A stretch of 64,000 nt of DNA from the human T2T-CHM13v2.0 reference genome, Homo sapiens. Positions 17,239 to 30,979 of the stretch are shown piece after piece (positions within the stretch are counted from its first letter, which is position 1; each line of letters opens with the position of its first letter). Both the position numbers and the translations under genes were made by a program. The stretch lies in assembly GCF_009914755.1 (NCBI RefSeq), contig NC_060931.1; one strand, 5' to 3'. The notes below the pieces were generated by a model. It was not told where the DNA came from, ran no database searches, and saw only the letters and a program-made list of their open reading frames with translations.

Positions 17239-17574
17239 TTTGGACCACAAAAAAAAATATGGTATCTTAATAAATATCTCAAAACAGTTATAAGATTGAC
17301 AATATGATCCCTACTTTGTTAGGTGAAGAAAATGACACTTTTAAAAACATAAAAAGATTTCCTGTATGATAGGATTCAAATTCATATTTGTTTGTTTCCA
17401 AGGGCTTTTTCTCATTCATTATCCTATGCTGTCATGTAAATTAATCCATGAATATTGCAGCTTGTATCAGAAGCTTGAAAGTTCACAGAAAGAATCATTT
17501 TCTACCTAAATTTGCCCATCAAATTTGGGTGGACAGTGACAGCAGCACAGTGTTAGGCTTACTTTTAAATGACA

Positions 17575-18530
17575 TTATTTAGGATAGTGAGAGGATAAAC
17601 AAATAGACTAAAAGAACAGAACGGAGTCCAGAACTAGATCCACGCAGATATGGCCAATTGATCTTCCAAAAAGGCACCAAAGTGATGTAATGGAGAAAGG
17701 AAAATTGTTTTAACCACCAGACCTAGAAAACTTGGTATCCATATAGGAAAAAAATAAATCTTGATACTTCATACCATACACACAAAAGTAATTATAGATG
17801 GCACATAGACCTAAATATAAAATCTTAAGCTCAAAAGTTTCTAGAAGAAAATATAGAAGAATATTTCCTGGACCTGAGCTAGGCAAAGATTTCATAGAAA
17901 CACACAAACAGCATTAGCCACAAAGAAAAAAAAAAAAAAAAAAAGACCAGTCAGGCTTCATGAAAAACAAAACAAGGAAAACCTGTGCTCTTCAGAATTA
18001 AACAAACAAACAAAAACACTAAGAGAATGAAAAAGCTAAGCTATGGGAGAAAATATTCACACTATATATCTTTGACAAAGCAGTTGTACCCAGCATATAT
18101 AAAGATGTCATACGAATCAATTGTAAACAGACAACACAGTAAAAATGGGGGAAAGATTTGCACTGTTTACAAAGATAAATGTCTGATAAGCACAAAACAT
18201 TTAATGTAATAAGTTATTAGCTAAATGTAAATTAAAAGCAAAATCAAATACTATTGCACACTCACTAGAATTGCTAAAATTACAAAAGATTAACAATACC
18301 AATTGTTGGTGAAGAGGTGAAGTAACTAAACTCACATACTCTGCTGGTTGGAATGAAAAATCATGTAACTTTGAGAATCTCTTAGGTAATAACTGACAAA
18401 GTTGAGCATATAGTCACCCTATGACACATCAGTTTCACTTCTAAGTATTTACTCTGTAGAAATAAAAACATGTTTACAACAGGACTTGTAAAAATATGTT
18501 TTTAATAACTGTTTACAGAGAGCCAGAATA
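17575..18530 (+). mobile_element. Old L1M (L1MC/ME-like) ORF2 3' region
   Basis: Degenerate homology to the ORF2 C-terminal DNA (gagtccagaactagatccac, ctagaagaaaatatagaaga, cactagaattgctaaaatt). Confidence 0.75.
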
Positions 18531-18908
18531 TATTGCCTAACATTATTTTTATATATAAAGGTTACAGATTTTTTATATTAATTTTATATCTTTGTAGATT
18601 TTTTATTTCTTTTATTTTAATCTTTAGATCTACTACTATATCACCTACATAGGGGCAATTTAACTCCTCTAATTCTTATATTTCTGATTTTGATTCTATA
18701 ATTCCTTTTATTAATACTCTCAATAGAACATTAAATAGTATTGTTGATAGTGGCCCAACTTTAGGTAGAAATCTACTACATTTTTTGAATTGATGAATGA
18801 AAAATTATTTTAGACAATGTGGAATGAGTCAATAATGCTTATTACCATATATATATCACCACTAATCTTTATTATTTTTTGTAATGAGAATATTTAAGAT
18901 TTACTCTC

Positions 18909-19286
18909 TTATTAGTCCGTTTTCACACTGCTATAAAGAAAAAACTGCCCAATACAGGGTAATTTATAAAGGAAAGAAGTTTAATTGATACTCTATTGAG
19001 CATGGCTGAAGAGGCCTCAGGAAACTTACAGTCATGGCTGAAGGCGAAGAGGAAGCAAGGCACCTTCATCACAAGGTGGCAGGAAGGAGAAGTGTGTGAG
19101 AGTGCAGGAAAAATCTACCATTTGTAAAACCATCACATTTCATGAGAATTCATCCACTATCATGAGAACTGCATGGAGGAAACCACCCCCATAATCCAGT
19201 CACTTCCCACCAGGTTTCTTCCTCAACATCCGGGGATTACAATTCAAGATGAGATTTGGGTGGGGACACTAAGCCTAACCATATCA
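18909..19286 (-). mobile_element. THE1D solo LTR (MaLR)
   Basis: tattagtccgttttcacactgctataaag...gcaaggcaccttcatcacaaggtggcaggaaggagaag...aagcctaaccatatca; 5-bp TSD CTCTC/TTCTC. Confidence 0.88.
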
Positions 19287-19676
19287 TTCTCTTAGCAGTT
19301 TTCAACTATGCAATACATTATTATTAACTCTGGTCATCATACTGTACAATACATTGTGAGTATGTGAATATAGTACTCGTACTTATTCTTCCTGTACTAA
19401 CTCAAACCTTGTACCCTTTAATCAATATTCCTCCATTTGGTGCCACCCACCCAATACATAGTAACCACCATTCTACTCTCTGCTTTATGAATTCAATTTT
19501 TTTTTTACATTTTATATATAAATGAGATCATGTGGTTTTTGTCTTCCTGTGCCTGGATTATTTCCCTTAGCATAATGTTCTCTAGGCTAATCTGTGTGTT
19601 CATTGAAGCGTTATTTGCAATAGCCAAAATATCGAATGCAATGTAAGTGTCCATCACTGATGAATGGACAAAGAAA

Positions 19677-19681
<5 letters not shown>

Positions 19682-19753
<72 letters not shown>
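19682..19753. repeat. (TA)n microsatellite, 72 bp with two G interruptions
   Basis: Direct read; (AT)19 pure run at 19682-19719. Confidence 0.97.
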
Positions 19754-19857
19754 GCGCAATGGAATACTATTCAGCCTTTTTTAAAAATGGAGGAAATATT
19801 TTGAGAACAGTCATCTACAAATTTTATTTTACCATCATTGTTTAATTTACATTATTA

Positions 19858-20708
19858 CTTAGAATAGCTATCATCAGAAAGACAAAAGATAATAAGTCTT
19901 GGCAAGGATGTGGCAAAAAGGAAACTCTCAAACGCTGTTGGGAATGTAAATTAGCTCAGCCATTGAGGGAAACAGTATGGAGGTTACTCAGAAAATTAAA
20001 AAAAGAACTACCATATGATTCAGCAATGTCACTACTGAGAATATAGTCAAAGGAAATAAAATCAGTATGTTGAAAAGATATTTGTACTTTTATATTTATT
20101 GCAGTATTATTCACTATAGCCAAGATATGGAATCAATCTATGTGTCCATCAATAGATGACTGGATAAAGAAAATGTGATGTATATACACAATGGAATACA
20201 ATTTGAACATTAAAAATAATGAAATCCTGTCATTTTCAATAATATACCTGAACCTGGAGGAAATTATGTTAAATGAAATAAGCCAGACATAGAAAGACAA
20301 TCACTGCATTATCTCACTCATATGTAGAATGTAAAGAAGTTGCTGTCATAGAAGTAATGAGCAAAAGCTGTGTTTACAGGCGAGGGATGGTTGGGGTACT
20401 GTGGAGACTGGGGAGATACTGATCAAAGGATACAAAATTTCAGTTAGATGGGATGAATAAGCCCAAGGGGTCTATTGTACAACGTGGTAGCTATAGTTAA
20501 CAATATATTGCATTCTTGAAAAATGTTGAGGATGGATATAAGGTGTTTTCACCAGAAAAAGAATAATTATGTGAAGTTATCCATATGTTACCCAGCTGGA
20601 TGTAGTCATTCCACCATGTATATATATTTAGAACATCATCTTGTACTGTGCATGGTAAATACATACAATTATATCTGTCAGTTTAAAATAAGATAAAATA
20701 AAATAATA
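19858..20708 (+). mobile_element. L1MA (MA6-8-like) 3' end
   Basis: aacagtatggaggtt...gaactaccatatgattcagcaat...caaaggatacaaaatttcagttaga..., ending in an A-rich tail. Confidence 0.85.
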
Positions 20709-23059
20709 TAATTACTTTAAAGCTTGTGAAGGAGTCACCACATGGACAATATAACAGAAAATCTCTGCTAGATTGAACTTTGTGATGAACACGAAGTACT
20801 TAATAAACATATTTCTTTGATCTGTCTATGCATGGATCAATCTGTTCCTGTTGAGGACCTTATAACTTCCTACTGCTCACTCAACAGGAAATTGTTCTGA
20901 AAGTGCTCTACCCATCAACCTTCAATATAAAAATATACATTTTATGATTTACTCCCAGAGTTTTGCAGTGGCACAACTTTACACAACAAATTTGATCAAA
21001 ATAGAAATACTTCAATCAATTTTCTTTGGCGTAAGTCACCTTGGTACTTGTCCTCATAGGGTTTCGTGTATTTCACATTGAGTTGCATCATAGTAAAATC
21101 AAGGTGTATATCATTCCTATTTCCATTTCACAAATTATGGAAATGTTTCATGTTACTGGTTTTGTTTTGCTATTTATTTCAGTGTTGCTTCATGGAAAAT
21201 TGAACATAGTAATTAAAAATGACAAAATTTTAAAAATCTATCATCTTGAAATTTGTACAATGTTTTCATGACATTATTAACAAAACTAATTATCGAGTAC
21301 AGTTACACGTTCCAACCAGAGCTATGTTGAACTAGAGTACACAGGAGAGCTTTTTAGTATGAACTGATACTCACACGTAAGAATTGCTTATATTTTAGGA
21401 AGCGTGGCCAAATTTCTATATGAAACATCCACTTTTACAAAGTCTGACTGTATTGTTGTTTATTTGGAAATAGTAGTCAAACTGTAACAAAGGTGGAAAA
21501 TCTTTTGCACGGCTGTTGAGAAATGGGTGGATCACGTAGAATAAGGCTTACAAAACCACTAGTGGGTTAGCAGCCCCAAACATCTGAGACTATCAGTACA
21601 AGGAAGAAATCTCTATTTCTGTAGCCTCTGATTTGCTCTATCTCATATGGAGGGCCTAATGAAGGAAAGAAACTGCATTCTAAATGATGCAGAGCAAATA
21701 CCCTAAAAGGGAAGTGCTTGGATCTTTATTACTTTGGAGACCTAAAAGACAATGTACTTTGAAGTTAGTTTCTTCTGGTTAATCTCTTTTACTTGATGTA
21801 GACACATTACATAAATCCATTGTCGTATGAATAATACGTAACAGCAATAATCTATTATCATAATGTTTTTAGGTATTCATAAAGTACATTTTCTATGTCT
21901 AAAGGAAAAGTAGCAGATTATTAAACTTCCAGTTTTATTTTATGATCTGCTCTGCCTCTTCAATTCATTCCACCTTTTTGTTTTGTTTTGTTTTTTAAAT
22001 ACATTCATATGAATGTATTTTTCAATTTCTTACCAAAGAAGCAATTTGGAAAACACTGATTGTTCATTTCCCTTTTACCTCCTTGTTTCAATTTATGTTT
22101 TGAGTACAGTACATTAGTTTATAGAGACTGTGATTGAAAAAAAAGAGCTTACAATCTTCCTCAGATAGCTTTGCTCTGAGTTTTACAATGGATGGTTTGG
22201 AAAAATAGTGTAATAATGACTGAGCTTCTAAAATAGTGAAGTAACAGTTATTTTTGTGATGTAATATAGTGATGTATATGTGGCTCAAAAGGGTTGCTAT
22301 ATATTCCCCCCAACTCCAATTTTATTTTTAATTTTTGGTTGTTTTTCAGTTTTATGCAAGACTTGCTATACCTAATTCTACAAGCTATACAGTGTTTTTT
22401 AATATTGATTCCAGAATTTGTTTCATCATATGCACCAGAACAAATACTTCAGTAAAACTTCTTCTGCACTTTCTTAGACAAAGACAGCATGATACAGGCA
22501 CAGCTAAGTCTCTTAAGCTCTTAGGTATCCTTAAAACATTGACAAGGAAGTCAATATTGAATTTCAGATAACAACTGGAATTTTGACAGTACTCATTAGT
22601 TAGTTTGGTCTGACCCAGGCTTCCATCAGTGCAAACTTTATGCCCCAAGAGTCTCACAAAGCATTTACAGCATATGCTACAGAAACATAGAAAGGGAGCA
22701 GGCAACTGGCAGAGTATGGGCATGAGGCTGACAGCTCAGAGATGCCACTGGACCTGCCTCATCAGCTCTCTGGGCACTACTCACTCTTCTGAAAGTATTT
22801 GAAACCTTTTGGGCTGTTACTTTACACCTGGTAAAAAGCATCTATAGACCAGAAGAACCTGGGAAGAGGGTATTCCTTCCCTTCAGAGCCAAAACAGAGA
22901 GTTTTATACTCTTCAGGGGGTTTCCTTCACAAGACAGTTACTCACAAATCAACGATATTGAAATTGTATATCTGGGATTTGCCCTCTACTGTCACTCATA
23001 TTGTTCATAAGAACAGGAACAGATAATATTTATTGGTTTGCAACCACACATAGATATAA

Positions 23060-23235
23060 ACTCTAATTGCTTCAACAGAGTTTTATGGTAAGAATTGTTT
23101 AGTACTACCATTTCACAGATGAGAAAATTGAGGCTTTGAAAGCCTGAATAATTTGTGAAAAGATACAAAGCTCCTATGTGGTCAGACTGGAATTTTAATC
23201 TACTTGTACCTGACATTGGATCCTAGACTCTTCAA
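23060..23235 (-). mobile_element. MIR
   Basis: ccatttcacagatgagaaaattgaggct MIR core (reverse strand). Confidence 0.7.
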
Positions 23236-23702
23236 TAGGTTACACTTCCTTCGAACTGGGAAAAGGTAGCACAAATCATTTATTTTTAAATCACCGATAC
23301 TAGTTTTGTTGTTTAAGGCATTTAATCTAAGTTGACTTCCCCAAAAGACTGTGCAGATGTTTTCTCAAATTAAAGTGATATTTCAGAACAACAAGTACTA
23401 GAAAATTTAATTCAACTAAACAGTAAATTCTAGAAACTGGGGGATCTTTTGGCCTCTCATACAATTTTATTCGTATAACTATGTGTCCCGGCCAGTCATG
23501 ATAACATATACTTGTTCAATTGATAAAAACTGAACTGAATTCAAGTCATAGACTTACTGTAGAGGCTTGGGCACATTTGCAGAATATACACTTGGAATAT
23601 GCAATGAGGAATAGAGGTTAAGAAGAAAGGAAATAAGTAATTACATAAGTAATAATTATATAGTAATTACATAAGTAAATACAATTATAAATAATTGCAT
23701 AA

Positions 23703-24045
<343 letters not shown>

Positions 24046-24643
24046 TAAATACAGAAAATTCCTGTTTTTTTATATCAGTCATCCTAGAACAGAGACGCTA
24101 TCAGCTCCTGGGGATAACTCTTCCCACATCGTCTGGAACATAATTATATTTAATTAAAACCTGAAGTGGTATCTAAAGATAATGACAAAGTATTAAATGT
24201 GCAGAGGGTTTCAGTCTCTCAAACAAATGTGAGTTTGTTACTATGTTATGTACCATAGTAGTCTAAGGGCTATTATGTTGTTTCTTACATTAGTGTAACC
24301 ATGGTGAAAACCAAAGAGAAAATAAAGAATGATTGTTCATGTTTTAATGTATAAGAGCACATTGATACATTGTAAAACACCCAGATCAGTTATTTAATCC
24401 ATCTTTTGAAATCACAGAAGAAAACTGGTGATATACATGTGATGAGGAATGGCAACTGTAGTGATTTATATTCCTCTAATTTTTTGCAAAAAAAAGAAAG
24501 TTCACTGAAAAAATTACAACTTTCGCCTATGCTAAACTTAATTTATGTAAAATAGTGGTCACAGCTATTAAATTATTGTTATTTATTCACAAAGTTCTCC
24601 TCTACATATTGTTTTAAAGTAATAACTGCTTTACAGCATTTTT

Positions 24644-24927
24644 TTTTTAAATGGAGTCTCACTCTGTCACCAAGGCTGGAGTGCAGTGGCACAATTTCGG
24701 CTCACTATAACCTCTGCCTCCAGGGTTCAAGTGACTCTCCTGCCTCAGCCTCCTGAGTAGCTGGGATTACAGGCACCTGCCCCACACCTGGCTAATTTTT
24801 GTATTTTTAGTAAAAACAGGTTTCACCATGTTGGCCAGGCTGGTCTCAAGCTCTGGACCTCAGATAATCCACCCGCCTCGACCTCCCAAAAGTTCTGGGA
24901 TTACAGGCATCAGCCACTGCGCCCAGC
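24644..24927 (-). mobile_element. AluS
   Basis: Full Alu; TSD TGCTTTACAGCATTTTT at 24627-24643 and 24928-24944. Confidence 0.95.
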
Positions 24928-26303
24928 TGCTTTACAGCATTTTTATAGACGCTCTTCTTTGAACTTACTAAGAGTTCATTGAAATCAGCTGTGCAGAGTT
25001 TAAATCCAGCAAGGAAATTCAGGCACAGACAGGTTGGAGGTAACAAAAAGTAAAACTGGAAAGTGAATCAAATTTTGGCTGAAAATTTAATATATTTAAT
25101 AGTATGTATGATTCCTCAATCTAACTTAGGTTAAAATAATCAAAAATAAAATAAGGTGAACTACTTTTTTTTTAATGGGCAAGGTGGCAGAAATGGAATT
25201 TCCAAACATCTAGATCTTAGGTCTTTATTATTCTAAGCAATTTTTAATACAATTTGAGAATCTTTATTTCTGTACTCTTCTTCAATAATAACATTAAAGC
25301 AGAAGGAGGTTCCAAGATGGCCGAATAAGAACAGCTCCAGTCTGCAGCTCCCAGCGTGAGCAACGCAGAAGATGGGTGATTTCTGCATTTCCAGCTGAAG
25401 TACCGGCTTCATCTCACTGGGGCTTGTCAGACGGTAGGTGCAGCCCACAGAGCAGGGTGGGACATTGCCTCATTCGGGAAGCACAAGGGGTCAAGGAATT
25501 CCCTTTCCTAGCAAAGGGAAGCCATGACAGATGGTACCTGGAAAACTGGGACACTCCCACTCTAATACAGCGCTTTTCCAATGGCCTTAGGAAATGGCAC
25601 ACCAGGACATTATATCCCGTGCATGGCTTGGAGGGTCCCATGCCCACAGAGCCTCACTCACTGCTAGCACAGCAGTCTGAGATCCAACTGCAAGGTGGCA
25701 GCGAGACTGGGGGAGGGGCGTCTGCCACTGCTGAGGCTTGAGTAGGTAAACAAAGTGGCCAGGAAGCTTGAACTGGGTGGAGCCCACTGCAGATCAAGGA
25801 GGCCTGCCTGCCTCTGTAGACTCCACTTCTGGGGGCAGGGCATAGTTGAACAAAAGGCAGCAGAAACTTCTGCAGACTTAAACTTCCCTGTCTGACAGCT
25901 TTGAAGAGAGTAGTGGTTCTCCCAGCATGGAGTTTGAGATCTGAGAATGGATAGACTGCCTCCTTAAGTGGGTCTCTGACCCCCGAGTAGCCTAACTAGG
26001 AGACACCTCCCAGTAGGGGCCAACTGACACCTCATACAGCCGGGTGCCCCTCTGAGTCGAAACTTCCAGAGGAAAGATCAGGCAGCAACATCTGCTGTTC
26101 TGCAATATTTGCTGTTCTTCAGCCTCTGCTGGTGATACCCAGGCAAACAGGTTGTGGAGTGGACCTCCAGCAAACTCCAACAGACCAGCACCTGAGGGTC
26201 CTGACTGTTAGAAAGAAAAGTAACAAACAGAAAGGACACCCACACCAAAACCCTATCTGTATGTCACCATCATCAAAGACCAAAGGTAGATAAAACCACA
26301 AAG

Positions 26304-27326
26304 ATGGGAAGAAGCCAGAGCAGGAAAGCTGAAAATTCTAAAAATCAGAGCGCCTCTTCTCCTCCAAAGGAACGCAGCTCCTTGCCAGCAATGGGACAAA
26401 GCTGGATGGAGAATGACTTTGATGAGTTTAGAGAAGAACGCTTCAGAGGATCGGTAATAACAAACTTCTCTGAGCTAAAGGAGGATGTTAGAACTCATCG
26501 CAAAGAAGCTAAAAACCTTGAAAAAAGATTAAACGAATGGCTAACTAGAATAAACAGTGTAGAGAAGTCCTTAAATGACCTGATGAAGCTGAAAACCACG
26601 GCATGAGAACTATGTGACGCATGTGCAAGCTTCAGTAGCCAATTCAATCAAGTGGAAGAAAGGGTACCAGTGATTGAAGATCAAATGAATGAAATGAAGC
26701 AAGAAGAGAAGTTTAGGGAAAAAAGAGTAAACAGAAATGAACAAAGCTTCCAAGAAATATGGGACTATGTGAAAAGACCAAATCTACGTCTGACTGGTGT
26801 ACCTGAAAATGACAGGGAGAATGGAACCAAGTTGGAAAACACTTCTGGATATTATCCAGGAGAACTTCCCCAAACTAATGAGGCAGGCCAACATTCAACT
26901 TCAGGAAATACAGAGAATGCTACAAAGATACTCCTCAAGAAGAGCAACTCCAAGATACATAATTGTCAGATTCACCAAAGTTGAAATGAAGGAAAAAATG
27001 TTAAGGGCAGCCAGAGAGAAAGGTCGGGTTACCCACAAAGGGAAGCCCATGAGACTAACAGCAGATCTCTCGACAGAAACTCTACAAGCCAGAAGGGAGT
27101 GGGGGCCAGTATTCAACATTCTAAAGAAAAGAATTTTCAACCCAGAATTTCATATCCAGCCAAACTAAGCTTCATAAGTGAAGGAGAAATAAAATCCTTT
27201 ACAGACAAAGAAATGCTGAGAGACTTTGTCACCACCAGGCCTGCCTTACAAGAGCTCCTGAAGGAAGCGCTAAACATGGAAAGGAACAACCAGTACCAGC
27301 CACTGCAAAAATATGCCAAATTGTAA
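26304..27326 (+). pseudogene. L1 ORF1p, disrupted
   Basis: MGRSQSRKAENSKNQ...QPLQKYAKL spread over several frames; TGA at 26604-26606 plus frameshifts. Confidence 0.92.
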
Positions 27327-27389
27327 AGACCATCAATGCTAGGAAGAAACTGCATCAACTAATGAGCAAAATAACCAGCTAACATCATA

Positions 27390-30300
27390 ATGACAGAATC
27401 AAATTCACACATAACAATATTAACCTTAAATGTAGATGGGCTAAGTGCTCCAATTAAAAGACACAGACTGGCAAATTGGATAAAGAGTCAAGACCCATCA
27501 GTGTGCTGTATTCAGGAGACCCACCTCACATGCAGAGACACACATAGGCTCAAAATAAAGGGATGGAGGAAGATCTACCAAGCAAATGGAAAACAAAAAA
27601 AAGCAGGGGTTGCAATCTTAGTCTCTGATAAAACTGACTTTAAACCAAAAAAGATTGAAAGAGACAAAGAAGGCCATTAATAATGGTAAAGGGATCAATT
27701 CAACAAGAAGAGCTAACTATCCTAAATATATATGCACCCAATACAGGAGCACACAGATTCATAAAACAAGTCCTTAGATACATACAACGAGACTTAGACT
27801 CCCACACAATAATTATGGGAGATTTTAACACCCCACTGTCAACATTAGACAGATCAATGAGACAGAAAGTTAACAAGGATATCCAGGAATTGAACTCAGC
27901 TCTGCACCAAGCAGACCTAATAGACATCTACAGAACTCTCCACCCCAGATCAAAAGAATACACATTCTTCTCAGTGCCACATCACACTTATTCCAAAATT
28001 GATCACACAGTTTGAAGTAAAGCACTCCTCATTAGAATCAAACTAGAACTCAGGATTAAGAAACTCACTCCAAACTAAACAACTACGTGGAGACTGAACA
28101 ACCTGCTCCTGAATGACTACTGAGCACATAACAAAATGAAGGCAGAAATAAAGATGTTCTTTGAAACCAATGAGAACAAAGACACAACATACCAGAATCT
28201 CTGGGACACATTTAAAGCAGTGTGTGCAGGGAAATTTATAGTACTAAGTGCCCACAAGAGAAAGCAGGAAAGATCTAAAATTGACACCCTAACATCACAA
28301 TTAAAAGAACTAGAAAAGCACGAGCAAACACATTCAAAAGCTAGCAGAAGGCAAGAAATAACCAAGATCAGAGCAGAAATGAAGGTGATAGAGACACAAA
28401 AAACCCTTCAAAAAATCAATGAATCCAGGAGCTGGCTTTTTGAAAAGATCAACAAAATTGATAGACTGCTAGCAAGACTGCTAGCAAGGCTAATAAAGAA
28501 GAAAAGAGAGAAGAATCAAATAGATGCAATAAAAAATGATAATGGGGATATCATTGATCTCACAGAAATGCAAACTATGATCAGAGAATACTACAAACAT
28601 CTCCACGCAAATAAACTAGAATATCTAGCAGAAATGGATAAACTCCTGGACACATATACCCTCCCAAGACTTAACCAAGAAGAAGTTGAATCCCTGAATA
28701 GACCAATAACAGGTTCTGAAATTCAGGCAATAATTAATAGCCTACCAACCAAAAAAAGTCCAGGACCAGATGGATTCACAGCCAAATTCTACCAGAGGTA
28801 CAAAGAGGATCTGGTACCATTCCTTCTGAAACTATTCCAATCAACAGAAAAAGAGGGAATCCTCCCTAATTCATTTTTTGAGGCCAACATCATCCTGATA
28901 CCAAAGCCTGGCACAGACACAACAAAAAAAGAGAATTTTAGACCAATATCTCTGATGAATATCAATGCAAAAATCCTCAATAAAATACTGGGAACCCGAA
29001 TCCAGCAGCACATCAAAAAGCTTATCCACCAGGATCAAGTTGGCTTCATCCCTGGGATGCAAGGCTGGTTCAACATACACAAATCAATAAACATAATCCA
29101 TCGTATAAACGGAACTAAAGACAAAAAACACGTTTATCTCAATAGATGCAGAAAAGGCCTTTGACAAAATTCAACAGCCCTTCATGCTAAAAACTCTCAA
29201 TAAACTAGGTATTGATGGGACGTATCTCAAAATAATAAGAGCTATGTATGACAAAGCCACAGCCAGTATCATACTGAATGCGCAAAAACTTGAAGCATTC
29301 CCTTTGAAAACTGGCACAAGGCAGCTATGCCCTCTCTCACCACTCCTATTCAACATATTGTTGGAAGTTCTGGCCAGGGCAATCAGGCAAGAGAAAGAAA
29401 TAAAGGGTATTCAATTAGGAAAAGAGGAAGTCAAATTGTCCCTGTTTGCAGATGTAAAATACCTAGGATTCCAACTTGCAAGAGATGTTAAGGACCTATT
29501 CAAGGAGAACTACAAACCACTGCTCAACGAAATAAAAGAGGACACAAACAAATTGAAGAACATTTCATGCTCATGGATAGGAAGAATCAATATTGTGAAA
29601 ATGGCCATACTACCCAAGGTAATTTATAGATTCAATGGCATCACCATCAAGCTACCAATGCCTTTCTTCACAGAATTGGAAAAAACTACTTTAAAGTTCA
29701 TATGGAACCAAAAAGAGCCCGCATTGCCAAGACAATCCTAAGCCTAAAGAACAAAGCTGGATGCATCACGCTACCTGACTTCAAACTATACTGCAAGGCT
29801 ACAGTAACCAAAACAGCATGGTACTGGTACCAAAACAGAGATATAGACCAATGGAACACAATAGAGCCCTCAGAAATAATACCACACATCTACAACCATC
29901 TGATCTTTGACAAACCTGACAAAAACGAGAAATGGGGAAAGGATTCCCTATTTAATAAATGGTGCTGGGAAAACTGGCTAGCCATATGTAGAAAGCTGAA
30001 ACTGGATCCCTTCCTTACACCTTATACAAAAATTAATTCAAGATGGATTAAAGACTTAAATGTTAGACCTAAAACCATAAAAACCCTAGAAGAAAACCTA
30101 AGCAATACCATTCAGGACATAGGCATGGGCAAGGGCTTCATGACTAAAACACCAAAAGCAATGGCAACAAAAGACAAAATTGACAAATAGGATCTAATTA
30201 AACTAAAGAGCTTCTGCACAGCAAAATAAACTACCATCAGAGTGAACAGGCAAGCTACAGAATGGGAGAAAATTTATACAATCTACCCATCTGACAAAGG

Positions 30301-30979
30301 GCTAATATCCAGAATCTACAAAGAACAAATTTACAAGAAAAAATCAAACAACCCCATCAAAAAGTGGGCAAAGGATATGAACAGACACTTCTCAAAAGAA
30401 GACGTTTATGCAGCCAACAGACACATGAAAAAATGCTCATCATCACTGGCCATGAGAGAAATGCAAATCAAAACCACAATGAGATACCATCTCACACCAG
30501 TTAGAATGGTGATCATTAAAAAGTCAGGAAACAACAGGTGCTGTAGAGGATGTGGAGAAATAGGAATGCTTTTACACTATTGGTGGGACTGTAAACTAGT
30601 TCAACCATTGTGGAAGACAGTGTGGTGATTCCTCAAGGATCTAGAACTAGAAATACCATTTGACCCAGCAATCCCATTACTGGGTATATACCCAAAGTAT
30701 TATAAATCATGCTGCTATAAAGACACATGCTCACACATGTTTATTGCACCACTATTCACAATAGCAAAGACTTGGAACCAATCCAAATGTCCATCAGTGA
30801 TAGACTGAATTAAGAAAATGTGGCACATATACACCATGGAATCCTATGCAGCCATAAAAAAGGATGAGTTCATGTCCTTTGAAGGGACATGGATGAAGCT
30901 GGAAACCATCGTTCTCAGCAAACTATCACAAGGACAAAAAACCAAACACCGCATGTTCTCACTCATAGGTGGGAATTGA
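27390..30979 (+). pseudogene. L1 ORF2p (EN-RT), disrupted
   Basis: Starts MTESNSHITILTLNV; multiple stops and frameshifts; internal deletions at ~28032 and 29454/29455; 12-bp tandem duplication at 28463-28486. Confidence 0.92.

Larger units (their letters stand above)
18800..19800 (-). mobile_element. L1MA 3' end with an inverted 5' segment (19595-19800 on +), interrupted by THE1D
   Basis: Minus-strand L1MA 3'UTR (ctcttagcagttttcaa, taaccaccattctactctctg) joined to plus-strand tgttcattgaagcgttatttgcaatagccaa...caatggaatactattcagcc. Confidence 0.75.
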
